Origin: Octopus sinensis
Lineage: Eukaryota
Assembly (NCBI RefSeq): GCF_006345805.1
Contig: NW_021836793.1
Location: 1-22,630 of the forward strand
Length of the DNA stretch: 22,630 nucleotides
Direction: 5' to 3'
Shown here: positions 20,706 through 22,630 of the stretch, one piece after another
Numbering within the stretch: position 1 is the first letter of the stretch
Layout of the letters: each line of letters opens with the position of its first letter
The notes under the pieces: model-generated
Database searches by the model: none
Told to the model about the DNA's origin: nothing
Seen by the model: only the letters and a program-made list of their open reading frames with translations
Translations under genes and position numbers: made by a program

Positions 20706-21016
20706 TAAGAGGGATAACTTTAAAATCCGGCTGATGTTTAATTTATCTATCTTTTCCTTCAGTTCGATAGATGAAATACGATAAACAATAAATTTATCAC
20801 ATTTCCCGTCAGCAATCAATTATTTTTTTCGTTCCTTGCTTTTAACTAACATTTTCTTGTAGCAAATCGAGACCAGCGAACCAAATTGAATGTTATATAT
20901 CTGCTATATCTGCTAAGTAAGAGTAAGTATCCAGAAACTCTTGGAGTTGTCTCCCATGCTTATACAGTTTCACCGAGAAACATTGTTATATAGTTACTAA
21001 TCTTTTTTATAATACG

Positions 21017-21054
<38 letters not shown>

Positions 21055-22227
21055 TATATATAATCAGTGTACGTAACTTTTGATGTTCTTTTGGATGTTT
21101 AATTTTGGAAATTAGCGAACGTACTTTTTCTTCGGCCAAAGAGAGTTCGGTTTATTATACCTATGAAAAAAAAGAAAAGAAAAGAGAAAAGAAAACACAG
21201 TCAGTGGGCACTGCTTGAATGGTTTCATCATAATTCTGCTCGATCATTTCATGTCTTAGTATCAACACCATCATCGTCATCAGCATAACAGCAAGCTGAA
21301 AGAACGGAATCGTTACCCTACTTGTAGGTGGCTGGTTTGTGACTTTACAATGAATTTGCATTCATATTTTCTTTAACATATTTTTCTAAGACTTAATATA
21401 TTCCGCACTGTATATACGTTTATTTCATTGACAAAAAAATATAGCATCTCAGTTTTTTTTCCGACATTTCCGACGGAAACTTGTTAAAAAATCATAGGAC
21501 ACATATACTACACATTATATTAATTTTCGATTTATAAATAAGATATTACAGATTTATTCATTCAATATTATTAGTAAACTTTCCATTGTACTTGATTAGA
21601 ACATTTTACTAAAGCTGAAACACTAAAAGAATAAAAAAAAAAATAAAAAAAAACAGCGTGAAATAATTCTTGGTTCCATAACAAGTGTTTCCTGTTTAAG
21701 TGGTCATAAAAATGTTCATGCAAATTTTTGCCCCAAGCACAAACATAATAACGGCAAATTTATTTTAAAAGTTTAAATTTAATGAACAAAAGGGTTAACT
21801 ACTGAATACATCTGCAAAGGTTTTAGCAATATAAATATATACATATACTTAAAAAATATGTGTAGGTGTGTGTACGCATGTGTTTATATGTATGTGAATG
21901 TGTGTGCGTGCGCGCGCATATGTTGATGGGGTGAATAAGAAGTGTTGTACACAGGATATGCATTCTCAGAAGTATATGTAACTCGGATAAAAGTATTTAA
22001 ATCTAAATAATTAGTAATAGTAAAACAATGATAATGTATTAATGGATGCATGCACTAACATGTTTGTCTAATCTCTTGCTCTCGCTCTCCCTCTCTCAAA
22101 ACAAATCTGTCGGTTAATGCTGTCGTGAATGAAGGCAAATGAATGTACGTGTGCGGTCGTGTTCCTGTACTCGGTATCATACACACACACATACAACGGC
22201 GTAGATGCATATATTGACGTGTGCATT

Positions 22228-22300
22228 ATATATATATATATATATATAATATATATTATATATATATATATATATTATATATATATATTTATATATATAT
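22228..22300. repeat. Interrupted (AT)n microsatellite (another at ~21017-21063)
   Basis: Seen directly in the sequence. Confidence 0.93.
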
Positions 22301-22630
22301 TGTGCGTGTGGTAAAGGTTGCGGCAAACAAAGCGACCCCAGATTCATCATTCAACAGAAAATGCATGATGCTGCTCTGACACGAATCATGGCGATAGCTC
22401 CAGGAAAAAATGAAAAAACACCGGCTAAAACTTCAACTATATTAATATATAAAGGCATCTTTACCACATACGTTTTTTTTTTGTTTTTTTTTTGCTAGCA
22501 TCACGTTAATGTCTGTGCCGAATATACTGGTTTATTATCCTCCAGGTACCTATAGGTGTATATATATATGCTTATGAATACAGCAACTAATTCGTTTATC
22601 TACCTATCTATTATGTAAACATACTCTCCC

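Overview
This is AT-rich, microsatellite-dense animal genomic DNA. The repeat families look like those of octopod cephalopods (Octopus-like); that taxon call is from recall, not from a database search. I find no intact protein-coding gene, rRNA, tRNA gene or CRISPR array. Almost all ORFs in the supplied track are translations of simple repeats or pieces of decayed retroelements. The identifiable content is: (1) a 5'-truncated, decayed RT-CCHC-RLE non-LTR retrotransposon of the R4/Dong type (minus strand, ~7746-9845); (2) three copies of an unidentified ~0.5 kb element bounded by AAT/TTA tracts (5840-6322, 7219-7735, 9892-10433), two of which sandwich that LINE; (3) about a dozen tRNA-derived SINE copies or remnants; (4) a CR1/L2-group LINE 3' end whose terminal hairpin is shared, with compensatory changes, by a SINE in the same window; (5) a probable RTE-clade remnant; (6) several Tc1/mariner-type MITEs and a ~195 bp foldback palindrome with an internal 37 bp duplication. 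A few weak candidate exons cannot be confirmed. The most interesting signals are transposon biology: a candidate non-autonomous TAA-targeting element, SINE-LINE 3'-tail sharing, and potential dsRNA foldbacks. I see no support for a new gene system.
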